Assembly (NCBI GenBank): GCA_035512435.1
Contig: DATKDX010000028.1
Coordinates: forward strand, 13,871 to 77,870
Length of the DNA stretch: 64,000 bases
Direction: 5' to 3'
From: Dehalococcoidia bacterium
Lineage (GTDB): Bacteria > Chloroflexota > Dehalococcoidia > SM23-28-2 > RBG-16-64-32
The stretch's first letter is position 1. The number at the start of each line of letters is the position of its first letter. A program made the translations under genes and the position numbers. This document shows positions 23,439 to 33,620 of the stretch, piece after piece. The notes beneath the pieces were generated by a model, which was not told the DNA's origin, did no database searches, and worked only from the letters and a program-made list of their open reading frames with translations.

Positions 23439-24689
23439 GTGACGGTTTCCGAGAACCGGCGGCGGATTCCCTCTGTCGGGGGCGCCTTCGCCCTCTGGCG
23501 GGATATCCGTTTCCAGCGCTTCGCATTCCAGGCGCTGTTCGCGGCGCTGATCTTCTTCGCTGCATACGTTCTCTTCACCAACACCGACAGGTCCCTGGAA
23601 TCGCTGAACCTGGAGCCGTTTCCGTTCATCGAAACCAAGAGCTCCTTCCCGTTCATCGATGTCCACAAAGACTTCCTGGGCCAGCGAGCCGGATTCGGCA
23701 TCGATGAGCGGGCGTTCGGCTTCGATTATTCGCCGAACCAGAATTACTTGCGCGCCCTGCAGGCGGGCCTTCTGAACACGATCCAGGTATCGTTCATCGG
23801 CATCTTGCTGGCGACGGTGCTGGGCGTGGTCGCCGGTATCGCGCGCCTCTCCACTAACTGGCTTGTCTCGCGCGTGGCGATGCTGTACGTGGAGACGTTC
23901 CGCAATATCCCGCTGCTGCTGCAGTTGATCTTCTGGTACCTGGCGGTGTTCCTGAAGGCGCCGCGGATCGCCGACAGCTTCGATCTATTTGGCGTAGCCT
24001 TCCTTTCCAACCGGGCGCTGGCGTTACCGTCGCTGGAGACGAAGGACGGGGCGGATCTCTGGGCGCTGGCGCTGCTGGGCGCCTTCGCCATCGCGGCCGT
24101 GGCTAAGGTAGTTCAAACGCGGCGGCAGGACGAAAGGGGTAAGCCGACCTACCCCTGGTGGACGGCGAGCGGCGTCTTTGTGGCAATCGCTGCGGTGGCG
24201 TTCCTGGCCACGGGCCTGCCGCTGAGCATCGATCTCCCGGAGGCGGGTCGGACATCGTTTAGTGGCGGCATGACGATATCACCGGAGTTCGCCGCGCTTC
24301 TGACCGGGCTCTCGGTATATACGGGCTCCTTCATCGCTGAGATCGTGCGTGGCAGCATCCAGGCGATTCCGAAGGGCCAGACAGAAGCGGCGGCAGCGCT
24401 GGGCCTGACCACGGCGGAGCGCATGCGCTTCGTGATCCTGCCGCAGGCGATGGCGATCATTATTCCGCCACTGACGAACCAGTACCTGAACTTGATGAAG
24501 AACTCCAGCCTGGCGGTGGCGGTCGCCTTCAAGGATCTGTTCGACGTCACAAGAATCACTGCCAACCAGAGCGGGCAGTTCGTGCCGCTGGTGACGCTGG
24601 TGATGCTCACCTACCTGACGATGAGCCTGACGATTTCGGCGGTGATGAACGGCCTCTACAGCCGACTGCAGTGGAGGAAGGCCAGATGA
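23439..24689 (+). CDS. amino acid ABC transporter permease (AapQ-like)
   Basis: 416 aa with multiple TM segments and a His/Glu/Gln/Arg/opine-family permease EAA-like loop (ERMRFVILPQA). Confidence 0.8.
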   Translation: MTVSENRRRIPSVGGAFALWRDIRFQRFAFQALFAALIFFAAYVLFTNTDRSLESLNLEPFPFIETKSSFPFIDVHKDFLGQRAGFGIDERAFGFDYSPNQNYLRALQAGLLNTIQVSFIGILLATVLGVVAGIARLSTNWLVSRVAMLYVETFRNIPLLLQLIFWYLAVFLKAPRIADSFDLFGVAFLSNRALALPSLETKDGADLWALALLGAFAIAAVAKVVQTRRQDERGKPTYPWWTASGVFVAIAAVAFLATGLPLSIDLPEAGRTSFSGGMTISPEFAALLTGLSVYTGSFIAEIVRGSIQAIPKGQTEAAAALGLTTAERMRFVILPQAMAIIIPPLTNQYLNLMKNSSLAVAVAFKDLFDVTRITANQSGQFVPLVTLVMLTYLTMSLTISAVMNGLYSRLQWRKAR

Positions 24690-25894
24690 CCACTAAGCGC
24701 CCGCTGGGCCCCCACATTCCGGTGGCAACCGTCGTTTGGCGCTGGTCACGCGCGAACCTCTTCAGCAGCCCGGCCAACACGGTGCTGACGATAGTGATGG
24801 TGACGCTGCTTGGCTTCGGAGCCTATCAGTTGGGCCGGTTTGCGTTAATCAGCGGCGAATGGGACGTGGTGGACGCTAACCGCGGGCTCTTCATGCTTGG
24901 CCGCTTCCCCCGGGACGAGGTGTGGCGCATCTGGGTGATCCTGCACGTCGCCTCGCTGCTTGGCGGACTCAGCTGGGGAGCCTGGGGAAGAGTCGGGCCG
25001 CGCCTGGTTGCTCTCGCAGCCGCTGGGCTGGTGCCGCTGTACATTTTCCTCCTTGAGGGTGAGACGCTAATCCTGACGACGACCTGCCTGATGCTGTTCG
25101 CCAGTGGCTACGCCGCCGCATATACCTCGCCGCCGGCGATCAACCCCCGGTTCCGTTCGGCGATGACGTTTGCCTGGCCGCTCGGTTTTGCGTTCTCGAT
25201 GTACATGCTGAGCGCGGTGCCGGACCGTCTATGGGGCGGGCTGCTACTGACGATGTCGCTCGCAGTTGTAGGCATCGTCGCATCATTCCCGCTTGGCGTG
25301 GCCCTGGCGGTCGGGAGGGCGAGCAGCTTCCCGGTGATCCGCATCTTCTGCGTGGCCTACATCGAGTTGATGCGCGGTGTGCCGCTAATCACGGTCTTGT
25401 TCATGTCGGGTTTCCTCCTGCCATATGCGATCGGGACAGACCGCGACGTCGTGGGTATCCCGGTGACAGGGTACCTGCCGTCGGAGGTAGGCCTGGCCAT
25501 GGTGGGCCTGACGGCGTTCACGGCGGCATACGTGGCGGAGATCGTGCGCGGCGGCCTGCAAGCGGTGCCACGCGGACAGGTGGAGGCGGGGCAAGCGCTG
25601 GGCCTTGGGGGGGTGCGCCTGTTGATCTTGATCGTGCTGCCGCAGGCACTGCGGGCGGTCATTCCGGCGCTGGTCTCGCAGTTCATCAGCCTGTTCAAGG
25701 ACACATCGCTCGTCTTCATCCTGGCGCTGACGGACCTGCTGCGGGCGGCGCGGGCGGCGACTGCCCAGCCCGACTTCATCGGGCAGCAGGCCGAAGTCCT
25801 GATCTTCGCCGGGCTAATATACTGGGTCGTGGCCTTCTCAATGTCGCAGGCGAGTCAGCAACTGGAGCGAAACCTCGGAGTGGGGGAACGATAG
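24686..25894 (+). CDS. amino acid ABC transporter permease (AapM-like)
   Basis: Permease with EAA loop. ATGA overlap with the upstream permease at 24686; the track start 24671 is an alternative. Confidence 0.8.
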   Translation: MTTKRPLGPHIPVATVVWRWSRANLFSSPANTVLTIVMVTLLGFGAYQLGRFALISGEWDVVDANRGLFMLGRFPRDEVWRIWVILHVASLLGGLSWGAWGRVGPRLVALAAAGLVPLYIFLLEGETLILTTTCLMLFASGYAAAYTSPPAINPRFRSAMTFAWPLGFAFSMYMLSAVPDRLWGGLLLTMSLAVVGIVASFPLGVALAVGRASSFPVIRIFCVAYIELMRGVPLITVLFMSGFLLPYAIGTDRDVVGIPVTGYLPSEVGLAMVGLTAFTAAYVAEIVRGGLQAVPRGQVEAGQALGLGGVRLLILIVLPQALRAVIPALVSQFISLFKDTSLVFILALTDLLRAARAATAQPDFIGQQAEVLIFAGLIYWVVAFSMSQASQQLERNLGVGER

Positions 25895-26671
25895 GTGAGT
25901 GACGAAAAACCGCCGCAGGGCGGAAACGGAGCGACGAGCGAGCGCGAGATCATCGTCTGTGAAGACGTGACGAAGTGGTTCGGCGACTTTCAGGCTCTGC
26001 GCGGCATCACGACGAATGTCAATGAGGGAGAAGTGGTCGTGATCATCGGCCCCTCGGGATCGGGGAAGTCAACGTTCCTGCGCACGCTGAACCGGCTGGA
26101 GCCGCACGATGGGGGCCGTATCGTGATCGACGGCGTGGAGCTGAACAACGACCTGCGCAACGTCGAAAAGATCCGCTCGGAGGTCGGCATTGTCTTCCAG
26201 CAGTTCAACCTCTTTCCTCACCTGACTGTGCGCCGCAACATGACGCTGGCCCTGACTCACGTCCGCCACATGAAGAAAGCCGACGCCGAAGCGCTGGCGC
26301 TCAGCCTGCTGGAGCGGGTCGGCATCCCGGAACAGATCGACAAGTACCCGGCCCAGCTCTCCGGCGGGCAGCAGCAGCGCGTGGCGATTGCGCGCGCTCT
26401 GGCCATGCAGCCAAAGATCATGCTCTTTGACGAACCGACCTCAGCTTTGGACCCGGAGATGATCAAGGAAGTGCTGGACGTCATGAAGGAACTGGCCCAG
26501 TCCGGCATGACGATGCTCTGCGTAAGCCACGAGATGGGGTTCGCGCGCGAGGTGGCGGACCGGATCATGTTCATGGACTCGGGGCTGGTTGTCGAGGAGG
26601 GCACACCGGAGGAGTTCTTCACGGCGCCGAAAGAGGACCGGACGAAGCTCTTCCTTTCGCAGATACTCTAA
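25895..26671 (+). CDS. amino acid ABC transporter ATP-binding protein (AapP/GlnQ-like)
   Basis: Walker [10 protein letters not shown], signature [15 protein letters not shown], Walker [14 protein letters not shown] start. Confidence 0.9.
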   Translation: MSDEKPPQGGNGATSEREIIVCEDVTKWFGDFQALRGITTNVNEGEVVVIIGPSGSGKSTFLRTLNRLEPHDGGRIVIDGVELNNDLRNVEKIRSEVGIVFQQFNLFPHLTVRRNMTLALTHVRHMKKADAEALALSLLERVGIPEQIDKYPAQLSGGQQQRVAIARALAMQPKIMLFDEPTSALDPEMIKEVLDVMKELAQSGMTMLCVSHEMGFAREVADRIMFMDSGLVVEEGTPEEFFTAPKEDRTKLFLSQIL

Positions 26672-26703
26672 GCTCTCGGCCCGGTAAAGCGTAACTGACT
26701 AAT

Positions 26704-27036
26704 TCACCCTCTAGCGCCGGGCGAGCGATACTGGACTTGCTCAGCCTTGCGCAGCGCATCCATCGTCTCTTCGACGGTCAGAAGGACTGTCGTTTCGAAC
26801 GAGCTAAGCGCACCGCCGCCACCAATCGCCAGTGCTACCGCGGCCATGGAAACGTTGTCCGGGGCTTCCCACAGGTTGTAGCCATCGTGTTGGCCGAAAG
26901 CGTACCAGAACCCGTGCAGCTTTCCGCCGACCGACTCGATGTACGACTGCGCGGCTTCTCGACGGTCCTCCGGGTTGCCGATGAGCCTGGCCCAGGTCTC
27001 CGGGGTGTAGCTGAACCTCGTCAGATAGAGCGGCAT
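26704..27036 (-). CDS. GYD domain protein
   Basis: 110 aa with a GYD-family pattern (HDGYNLWEAPD). Confidence 0.65.
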   Translation of the reverse strand: MPLYLTRFSYTPETWARLIGNPEDRREAAQSYIESVGGKLHGFWYAFGQHDGYNLWEAPDNVSMAAVALAIGGGGALSSFETTVLLTVEETMDALRKAEQVQYRSPGARG

Positions 27037-27133
27037 CGTCTCCTCCTTAGCATTACCACCGTAGCATTATCACCGTCTCAGATGTGCGCTGGCAGATCAT
27101 ATGACGACGCCCGCCCCTGGCGGGGCATCCAGA

Positions 27134-28264
27134 TCACCATTGGACGAACATCGGCATGACGACGTGGACGTAGTTGTCGTCGCCGATGGGGCGGAGGACG
27201 CCGGGGCTGGACGGGCTGGTGGTCTCCAGGGCGACGCTTTCGGCGTCGAGGACCTGGAGGACGTCCTGCAGATAGCGGCTGTTAAAAGCGATCTTTGACG
27301 CTTCGCCCTCCATCTTGACGTCCATCTCACCGCGATGCTCGCCGATTTCCTCAGCGCGAGCGGAGATGGTGAGCTTGCCGGGGCCGCCCTCCGTGGGGTC
27401 GATCTGGACGCGGACGATGCCGGCGCCGTCACGGGCGAAGATCGCTGCGATGCGCGTCTCCTGGAGGAACTGCTTCATGTCGATCTGCGCCTTGGTGTTG
27501 AACGACGAAGGGATCAGCTGGCTGTAGTTAGGAAAGGTGCCCTGGATGAGGTTGGCGACAACCTCGACTGTCTTCAGCTTGAAGAGCGCCTGTGAGCGGC
27601 CGGCGTTGATCGAGAGCTCGACGGTGTCGGCCTCTTCGCCAAGGAGGCGCTCCACCTCCCGCAGCGCGCGGGCGGGGATGATGACCTCAACCTTTTCGGC
27701 GACTTCCTGGGAGAGCGGCAAGGTGTGGACGGCGAGGCGGAAGCCGTCAGCGGCGGCGAGCGTCAGCGTCTGATCTTCGGCAAGGGTGTGGATGCCGGTG
27801 AGGACGGGGCGCGTGTCGTCGGTGGCGGCGGCGAACTGTGTCTGGGCGATAGCCTTGTTCAGCTCGGCCGCTGGGAGATCGATGGAGAGACCGTCGCTGA
27901 CGGCGGGTACGGGCGGGAAGTCGGCGGCGTCCATGCCGGCCATCGTCGCCTCGTTGCGGGCGCAGACTATGTGCAGCTGGTGGCCGCGCGCGCCGACTTC
28001 GAGATCAATCTTCTCGTTCGGGAGTGACTGAACAAAGTCGGTGAGCAGACGGGCTGGAACGGTGATCGAGCCCTCTTCCTCGACCTGGGCGCCGATCCAG
28101 CAAGTGACGGCGATGGTGAGATCGGTCGCAACCAGCTTTAGGCGCCCTTGCTCGGTCTGGAGCAAGACGTGGGAAGCCTGCGGAAGCGTACTGCGAACGG
28201 GAACGGCGCGGCCGACAATGGACAGCCCTTTGGCTAGGTTGTCCTGGAGACAAGAGACTTTCAT
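27134..28264 (-). CDS. dnaN: DNA polymerase III beta sliding clamp
   Basis: 376 aa from ATG 28264 (MKVSCLQDNLAKGLSIVGRAV...), with three repeated clamp-domain patterns. The track's 512-aa ORF carries a spurious 5' extension. Confidence 0.85.
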   Translation of the reverse strand: MKVSCLQDNLAKGLSIVGRAVPVRSTLPQASHVLLQTEQGRLKLVATDLTIAVTCWIGAQVEEEGSITVPARLLTDFVQSLPNEKIDLEVGARGHQLHIVCARNEATMAGMDAADFPPVPAVSDGLSIDLPAAELNKAIAQTQFAAATDDTRPVLTGIHTLAEDQTLTLAAADGFRLAVHTLPLSQEVAEKVEVIIPARALREVERLLGEEADTVELSINAGRSQALFKLKTVEVVANLIQGTFPNYSQLIPSSFNTKAQIDMKQFLQETRIAAIFARDGAGIVRVQIDPTEGGPGKLTISARAEEIGEHRGEMDVKMEGEASKIAFNSRYLQDVLQVLDAESVALETTSPSSPGVLRPIGDDNYVHVVMPMFVQW

Positions 28265-28361
28265 TTGCTTACCTGCTTTATCAATTGGGGCGTATAGCGC
28301 AGCGTAGTATAGCGCCGCGTCTGGCGGTCGGCAAGGAGGTGACGGCGCGCGTTTCTTGAGA

Positions 28362-29657
28362 CTACCGGAGGTCTTGCAACGACGCCTCGGCCGCTTCACC
28401 GGTGGCGACGATATCGTCGTCTGTATGCGCAGTGGAGACGAACATCGCCTCGAACTGCGACGGGGCGAGAAAGGCGCCGCGGCCGAGCATGCCGCGGAAG
28501 TAGGCGGCGTAGCGTTCGCGGTCGGCGCGGAGGGCGGAATCGTAGTCGGTGACGTCATCGTTCGTGAAGAACATGGTGAGCAGGGAGCCGACACGGTTGA
28601 GGCGGACGGGAACCTCGGCGGCCTCGGCGGCACGGCGGAGTGTGTCTTCCAGGTAGAGGGAGGAGATCTCAAGACGCTGGTAGGTGACCTCGGACCGCAG
28701 CGCCTCCAGTGTGACGATGCCGGTGGCCATGGCCAGCGGGTTGCCGGAAAGTGTGCCGGCCTGGTAGACGGGGCCGAGCGGAGCGATCATCTCCATGATG
28801 TCGCGGCGGCCGCCGTACGCGGCGACGGGCATGCCGCCACCGATGATCTTGCCCAGGCACGTGAGGTCGGGGATGACGTTGAGCAGCGTCTGGGCGCCGC
28901 CGTAGTGCAGGCGGAAGCCGGTGATGACCTCGTCGAAGACAAGCAGCGCGCCGTGGGCGGTGGTCAGCTCGCGCAGGCCCTCCAGGAAGCCGGCGGACGG
29001 CGCCACGACGCCCATGTTGGCTGCGATCGGCTCGAGGATCACGGCAGCAATGCGCTCGCCCTGCGTGGCGAAGAGCGCCTTAACGGCATCGAGGTCGTTG
29101 TAGGGGGCGAGAAGGGTCTCGGCGGCGAAAGAGGCTGGGACGCCGGACGAGTCGGGCAGGCTGAGCGTTGCCTGGCCGGAGCCGGCGCGGACGAGGAGGC
29201 CGTCGGAGTGGCCGTGGTAGCCGCCCTCGAACTTGACGACGGCGTCTCGGCCGGTGAAGGCACGCGCGAGGCGAAGCGCCGACATCGTGGCCTCCGTGCC
29301 AGAGCTGACGAAGCGCACGAGATCGATGGAGGGGATCGCCTCGGTGATGAGGCGGGCCAGTTCGATCTCGAGCTCGCTGGTCGCGCCGTAGGCCGTGCCC
29401 CGGTGGGCGGCGGCTGCGATAACTTCGGCGACGCGTGGAGGCGCATGACCCAGGATGAGCGGCCCGTAGGCGCCGACATAGTCGATGTAGCGGTTGCCGT
29501 CGACATCGAAGATGTACTGGCCGTGTCCGTAGGAGATAACGACCGGCTCGCCGCCGACTGCCTTGAACGCACGCACGGGGCTGGAGACGCCGCCCGGCAT
29601 CAGCTGCTGCGCGCGCTCGAATAGCTCACGGGAGCGCGGGCCTGGGACGTCAGCCAA
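28362..29657 (-). CDS. hemL: glutamate-1-semialdehyde 2,1-aminomutase
   Basis: LMPGGVSSPVRAF, YGPLILGHAPP, and PLP-lysine region. Probable TTG start at 29657, just after the GNAT stop. Confidence 0.85.
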   Translation of the reverse strand: MADVPGPRSRELFERAQQLMPGGVSSPVRAFKAVGGEPVVISYGHGQYIFDVDGNRYIDYVGAYGPLILGHAPPRVAEVIAAAAHRGTAYGATSELEIELARLITEAIPSIDLVRFVSSGTEATMSALRLARAFTGRDAVVKFEGGYHGHSDGLLVRAGSGQATLSLPDSSGVPASFAAETLLAPYNDLDAVKALFATQGERIAAVILEPIAANMGVVAPSAGFLEGLRELTTAHGALLVFDEVITGFRLHYGGAQTLLNVIPDLTCLGKIIGGGMPVAAYGGRRDIMEMIAPLGPVYQAGTLSGNPLAMATGIVTLEALRSEVTYQRLEISSLYLEDTLRRAAEAAEVPVRLNRVGSLLTMFFTNDDVTDYDSALRADRERYAAYFRGMLGRGAFLAPSQFEAMFVSTAHTDDDIVATGEAAEASLQDLR

Positions 29658-30198
29658 GGCGGACCTCGTAGCGTTCCTGTGGTGCGGGCGCGCGCGGTAG
29701 CCGCATGACGATGACGTCGTCGTCCATGCCACCGACGAGGTTCTTCAGCCGCTCCAGGTCGTCATCCGGCAGCATCGCCTCCGCGAAGCCCAGACTGCGA
29801 TACATCGCCTGGGCGCGCTCGTTGACCCGCATGACGTCAAGGATGGCGGAGTCTGCGCCAAGGCGCGGCATCGCATCGGTAAGGTAGGCGGCGAGGACAG
29901 AGCGGCCGACGCCGCGCGACTTGTCAATGACAGCGAGGCGTTGAAGCCAGATGCCGAAGGCGTCGGCGGTCAGGTCGTAGGTGATGAGATAGCCGCCAAT
30001 GGCGCTGCCGGCCTCGACGACGGAGTGCTCCGCGCCCTCGCGCCGCAGGGTCAGCTCATGCTGCTCTCGCGGCCACTGGCCGATGAACGGTGCGTTTTCC
30101 GGGTGACGCTCGATGGCGAGGACGGAATCGAGGTCTGCCTCGCGGGTCGGGCGGAGGACGAGGGTGGGCGGGGCGGTGGAAGGCGTGGCGTCACTCAA
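29650..30198 (-). CDS. GNAT family N-acetyltransferase
   Basis: 182 aa with the acetyl-CoA binding motif region (RGVGRSVLAAY...MYRSLGF). Confidence 0.7.
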   Translation of the reverse strand: MSDATPSTAPPTLVLRPTREADLDSVLAIERHPENAPFIGQWPREQHELTLRREGAEHSVVEAGSAIGGYLITYDLTADAFGIWLQRLAVIDKSRGVGRSVLAAYLTDAMPRLGADSAILDVMRVNERAQAMYRSLGFAEAMLPDDDLERLKNLVGGMDDDVIVMRLPRAPAPQERYEVRLG

Positions 30199-30922
30199 CT
30201 TCTGGCACCAGGATCTTGACGAGCTCGGACAGGGAAGTGACGCGGACGTCGGGATACGGGATATTGCGAGGCTTGCGCAGGCCAGAGCGGTTGACCCAGG
30301 CGGTACGCATACCGGCGTTGGCGGGGCCCAGGACGTCGGGGATGGGGTTATCGCCGGCGTAGAGGATATACGCGGGATCTACGCGCAGGCGTCTGGCCAT
30401 CATCTCGAAGATGGCGACGTTGGGCTTGATCGCCCGCGCCTCCTCCGAGGAGAGGACGTGCTTGAAGCGGAGGTTATTGCGGTTCAGGCACTGCGTGAGG
30501 AAGTCGTCGTCGGCGTTGGAGAGCAGGCCGATCTTGTAGTGGCGGCCGATGGCCTCGATCGCGGGCGCGGCGTCGTCGAAAGCGGGTGCGTCGGCGAGGC
30601 GGGCCTTGAAGTAGAGGGCGGCGCGCCAGTGGTCCACTGGCAGCTTGAGGGCGGCGAACACGTGCTCGAACTGGTCGGCCCAGGCCTGGTCGTAGCGCTT
30701 GTAGACGGGGTCGTGGTGGTGCTCCGAGCGCATGAGGTAAGAGGCACGCAGGAAGCGCTTCCAGAGGTCGGCAGCGTCGGCGTCGATGCCCTGGTCGGCG
30801 CAGATCTCGGCCATGGTGGCGATGAAGTCGGGCTCTGTGAAGTTGATGACAGTGCCATAGGCGTCGAAGACGACGGCGCGGATGTCGCTGGGGTTGAGGC
30901 GGGTGGTGGGGGAGCGAGGCAT
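30191..30922 (-). CDS. HAD-superfamily hydrolase (haloacid dehalogenase-like)
   Basis: Motif I VVFDAYGTV, motif III K, motif IV GDNPIPDV. Confidence 0.75.
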   Translation of the reverse strand: MPRSPTTRLNPSDIRAVVFDAYGTVINFTEPDFIATMAEICADQGIDADAADLWKRFLRASYLMRSEHHHDPVYKRYDQAWADQFEHVFAALKLPVDHWRAALYFKARLADAPAFDDAAPAIEAIGRHYKIGLLSNADDDFLTQCLNRNNLRFKHVLSSEEARAIKPNVAIFEMMARRLRVDPAYILYAGDNPIPDVLGPANAGMRTAWVNRSGLRKPRNIPYPDVRVTSLSELVKILVPEVE

Positions 30923-31292
30923 GAGGTGATGTTATCAAGTGCGAAAGACATGAGACATGAGACAAGAGAGGGGGGGTTTAGATACGGAAGTTTGTTTGGA
31001 AAAAATGTGGGGTGTCCGTGATTAGGTGCTATGGTTAGGCCAAAGCAGAGGCTCCGCGTCTCCGGGTAGACGACCAGGCTGGGGTGCTTGTCCTTGTGGA
31101 AGGAGCAGAGGCCGACGAGGTGCGCCCCCGTCTCCTTTCCTTCGATGTCATGCGGGCATCAAAATACCCAGTTGCGGCGAAGTCCTTAAGAGCCATTTGG
31201 CCTTGGTTTGCAGAGCCACTCGGCAGGCGTGCAATGATGAGGTACACGGCTAATCTATGGCGGAATCTGAATTCAATCGGAGGTAACATAGA

Positions 31293-31850
31293 ATGAGCGT
31301 AGTCTCAGCCCTTGGTGCATCAGTATTGGTGGCAGCCGGCCTGCTATTGTCGGTAGCGTCAGCCGGCGCTAATTCCGCCTCTATTACGGTGACACCGGCG
31401 CAGGGTAAAGCGGGCGACGTGATCGAGGTTTCCGGCCAGGGGTTCATCGCGAATGACAGCATCACGATAGAGGTATACAGGCCCGGCCTCGACGCGGGTG
31501 GAGACGTACTGGCGACAGTTGCGGCAGACTCCGCAGGAATCTTTTCCGTTCAGATCGAGTTGCCCACCACGATCGGCGTGCCAGGAGCACGAGTCATTAT
31601 TGCCTTCCCGGCGAGCCTCGGGGAGCACAGTGGTGGCACGCTGGCACAGGCTCCACGAGTTGACTTCCAAGTGCTCCAGCCGCAGCAACTTCCAATTACC
31701 GGCGGCATCCCGTCGCACCAGTTCAATGCCGGGCCAGCTGCCAGTACTCTAGCGATTGCCGTAGGACTTATCCTGACCGGTTTGGCTGGAATTGCGCTAG
31801 GGCTGACGCGGCGCACTGGTCACATCTTGATTCGGCGTGTGCTAGACTAG
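31293..31850 (+). CDS. secreted protein with C-terminal LPXTG-like sorting signal
   Basis: N-terminal signal peptide. C-terminal LPITGG, then a hydrophobic stretch (TLAIAVGLILTGLAGIALGL), then a basic tail (TRRTGH). RBS GGAGG upstream. Confidence 0.5.
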   Translation: MSVVSALGASVLVAAGLLLSVASAGANSASITVTPAQGKAGDVIEVSGQGFIANDSITIEVYRPGLDAGGDVLATVAADSAGIFSVQIELPTTIGVPGARVIIAFPASLGEHSGGTLAQAPRVDFQVLQPQQLPITGGIPSHQFNAGPAASTLAIAVGLILTGLAGIALGLTRRTGHILIRRVLD

Positions 31851-32238
31851 CGCCCCGCTGTAGATCGAATGTGATTCGCCCAAGGAGGCACGTCGCACAG
31901 TGCGGGAAAGCCGTACTGGTCGATAGGTCCGCACGCCCTTCAGCCGCGCAGGCACGCGCGGCGTCTTCCGCGACATCTCGCATGTCGAGCTGACCGTATC
32001 GCTGATGCGCGATACCCGGATCGCACCAACACCTCCGGCGAAGAAGTCGATGAGGTGCTCTGGGGGCTCCGTAAGCATTGCGGGTCTCCGCACGCGTTCT
32101 CGGCATTACGTCTTGGAAGCGGGGCCGCCGTACTCCATCTCGGCCACTGACATTAGAAAGCAATGCGAATCCTCGCTGCGGAAGAGCAGTGATGGCCGCA
32201 TCCGAGACTCGACAATTGGCGTCGTCAGTCTAAGCAGG

Positions 32239-32826
32239 CTAAGTGGCCCCCCGCAGAGCCACTCCAGCAAACTCCGCAGGGTCCGTCGTCGCCAGCGCGT
32301 GCTCCATGGGGCTGGCCTCGACGCGGAGGGCGATGTGGTTGCCGCGGGCGAAGAAGAGCGCCTCACCCTTCTGGCAGGCGAGGAGGAACTCGCGCTCGCC
32401 GGAGCTGAGGCGGAAGGTCTGCGAGACCACGTCGATCGTCGAGCTGTCCTGGCGCATGAGGATCTGAACCGATCTGTTGGCCAGGACCGTGTGGCCCTCC
32501 GGCGTCGCCAGGAAGTCCTCGACGTCCTGCGTCACGGTGGTCAGGCCGAGGTAGTACTTGCGGGCGCGACGGGCCATCGACGAGAGGAACCGCGCGCCCT
32601 CTTCGTGCTGCATCAGCGCCCACGCCTCGTCGATCAGGAGCATCCGCGGCCGTCGGTTGCGGCGCACCTGGCTCCAGATGTAGTCGGCGATCAGGTAGAT
32701 GCCGATCGGCCGCAGGTCGGGATCGAGGTCTCGGACATTGAACACGACGAACGGCCTGTCGAGGTCGACGCTGGTCTGCGACGTGTACTCGGAGTGCCGT
32801 TTGGGTATTGGAGATCGCGATGGGGG
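32239..32826 (-). pseudogene. VirB4/TrbE-family conjugative type IV secretion ATPase, C-terminal fragment (5'-truncated)
   Basis: Walker B-like LLIDEAW, TVTQD, LSSGEREFLL and ALFFARGNHIALRVE match the VirB4 C-terminal ~190 aa. The frame is closed by a stop at ~32829 with no N-terminal 500+ aa present. Confidence 0.6.
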
Positions 32827-32891
32827 AGGCGTAACCTAGCGGTACTTTCGGCTGCGCGGTGGGCGCGGGCGGGCAGGGAGGGGAGGTAGTG

Positions 32892-33539
32892 ATGGCGAGG
32901 CCACGGAGGGTGTCGAGGCGGGGGCGGGGAGGGGGACCGCAGACGCGGGAGGGGAAGGCGGTGGTGCGGCTGAACCCGGTGCGGCATGGGGTGTTGAGTC
33001 AGACGCCGGTGTTGCCGCTGGTGGAGCGGCAGGAGGACTGGGACCGTTTGCGGCGGGAGTTGCAGGAGTACTGGGAGCCGAACGGGTTCGAGGAGCAGCG
33101 CCTGGTGGATGAGCTGGCGGTGACGTACTGGCGGAAGGGGCGGAGCCTGCGGTTCGAGACGGAGTCGATCATGGTGAACCTGCGGGATGTGCCGCGTGAC
33201 TGGTGGCTGGGACGGGCGCTACAGGGGTTGCCGGCGCCGGAGGAGCTGACGGCGGAGGCGGTGGCGGCGATGGACCGGATGCTGGCGCTGCGTCTGATGC
33301 CGGGGGAGGAGACGCTGGGGAAACTGATCCGCTATGAGACGATGCTGGGCCGGCAGGCGGCGAACATCCGGCAGCAGTTGATCGCGCTGAAGGCGTTGCG
33401 GGACCCGGAGGGCGGTTGGCGGCTGTCGGCCCAGACGGGCGGCCTGCGGCCTACCCGGCAGCAGCCGCGGAGTTATGTGACGGGGCGGTTCATGGCGAAC
33501 GAGGAGGAGGTTGTTGGTGGCGGGAAGGGGACGCAGTAG
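32892..33539 (+). CDS. hypothetical protein (Arg-rich N-terminus)
   Basis: ORF with RBS GGGAGGGGAGG before ATG 32892. No recognisable domain. Its 3' end is partly duplicated downstream. Confidence 0.35.
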   Translation: MARPRRVSRRGRGGGPQTREGKAVVRLNPVRHGVLSQTPVLPLVERQEDWDRLRRELQEYWEPNGFEEQRLVDELAVTYWRKGRSLRFETESIMVNLRDVPRDWWLGRALQGLPAPEELTAEAVAAMDRMLALRLMPGEETLGKLIRYETMLGRQAANIRQQLIALKALRDPEGGWRLSAQTGGLRPTRQQPRSYVTGRFMANEEEVVGGGKGTQ

Positions 33540-33620
33540 GGAGGACAGTTTCTATCACGAGGCGTTGAGGCGGGCCCAGACGGGCGGCCTACGGCCTGCC
33601 CAGACGGGCAGCCTGCCCGC
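33428..33620. repeat. imperfect direct repeats (GCCCAGACGGGCGGCCTRCGGCCT, three copies) spanning the 3' end of the hypothetical gene and the downstream spacer
   Basis: Copies at 33428-33451, 33577-33598 and 33599-33620. An upstream GAGGCGTTG segment is also duplicated (33400s and 33550s). Confidence 0.5.

Noticed and set aside
27134-28672. 512-aa ORF as a full-length gene
   Set aside because: The first 136 residues are low-complexity. The DnaN homology begins at ATG 28264 (MKVSCLQDNL...), giving a normal 376-aa clamp.
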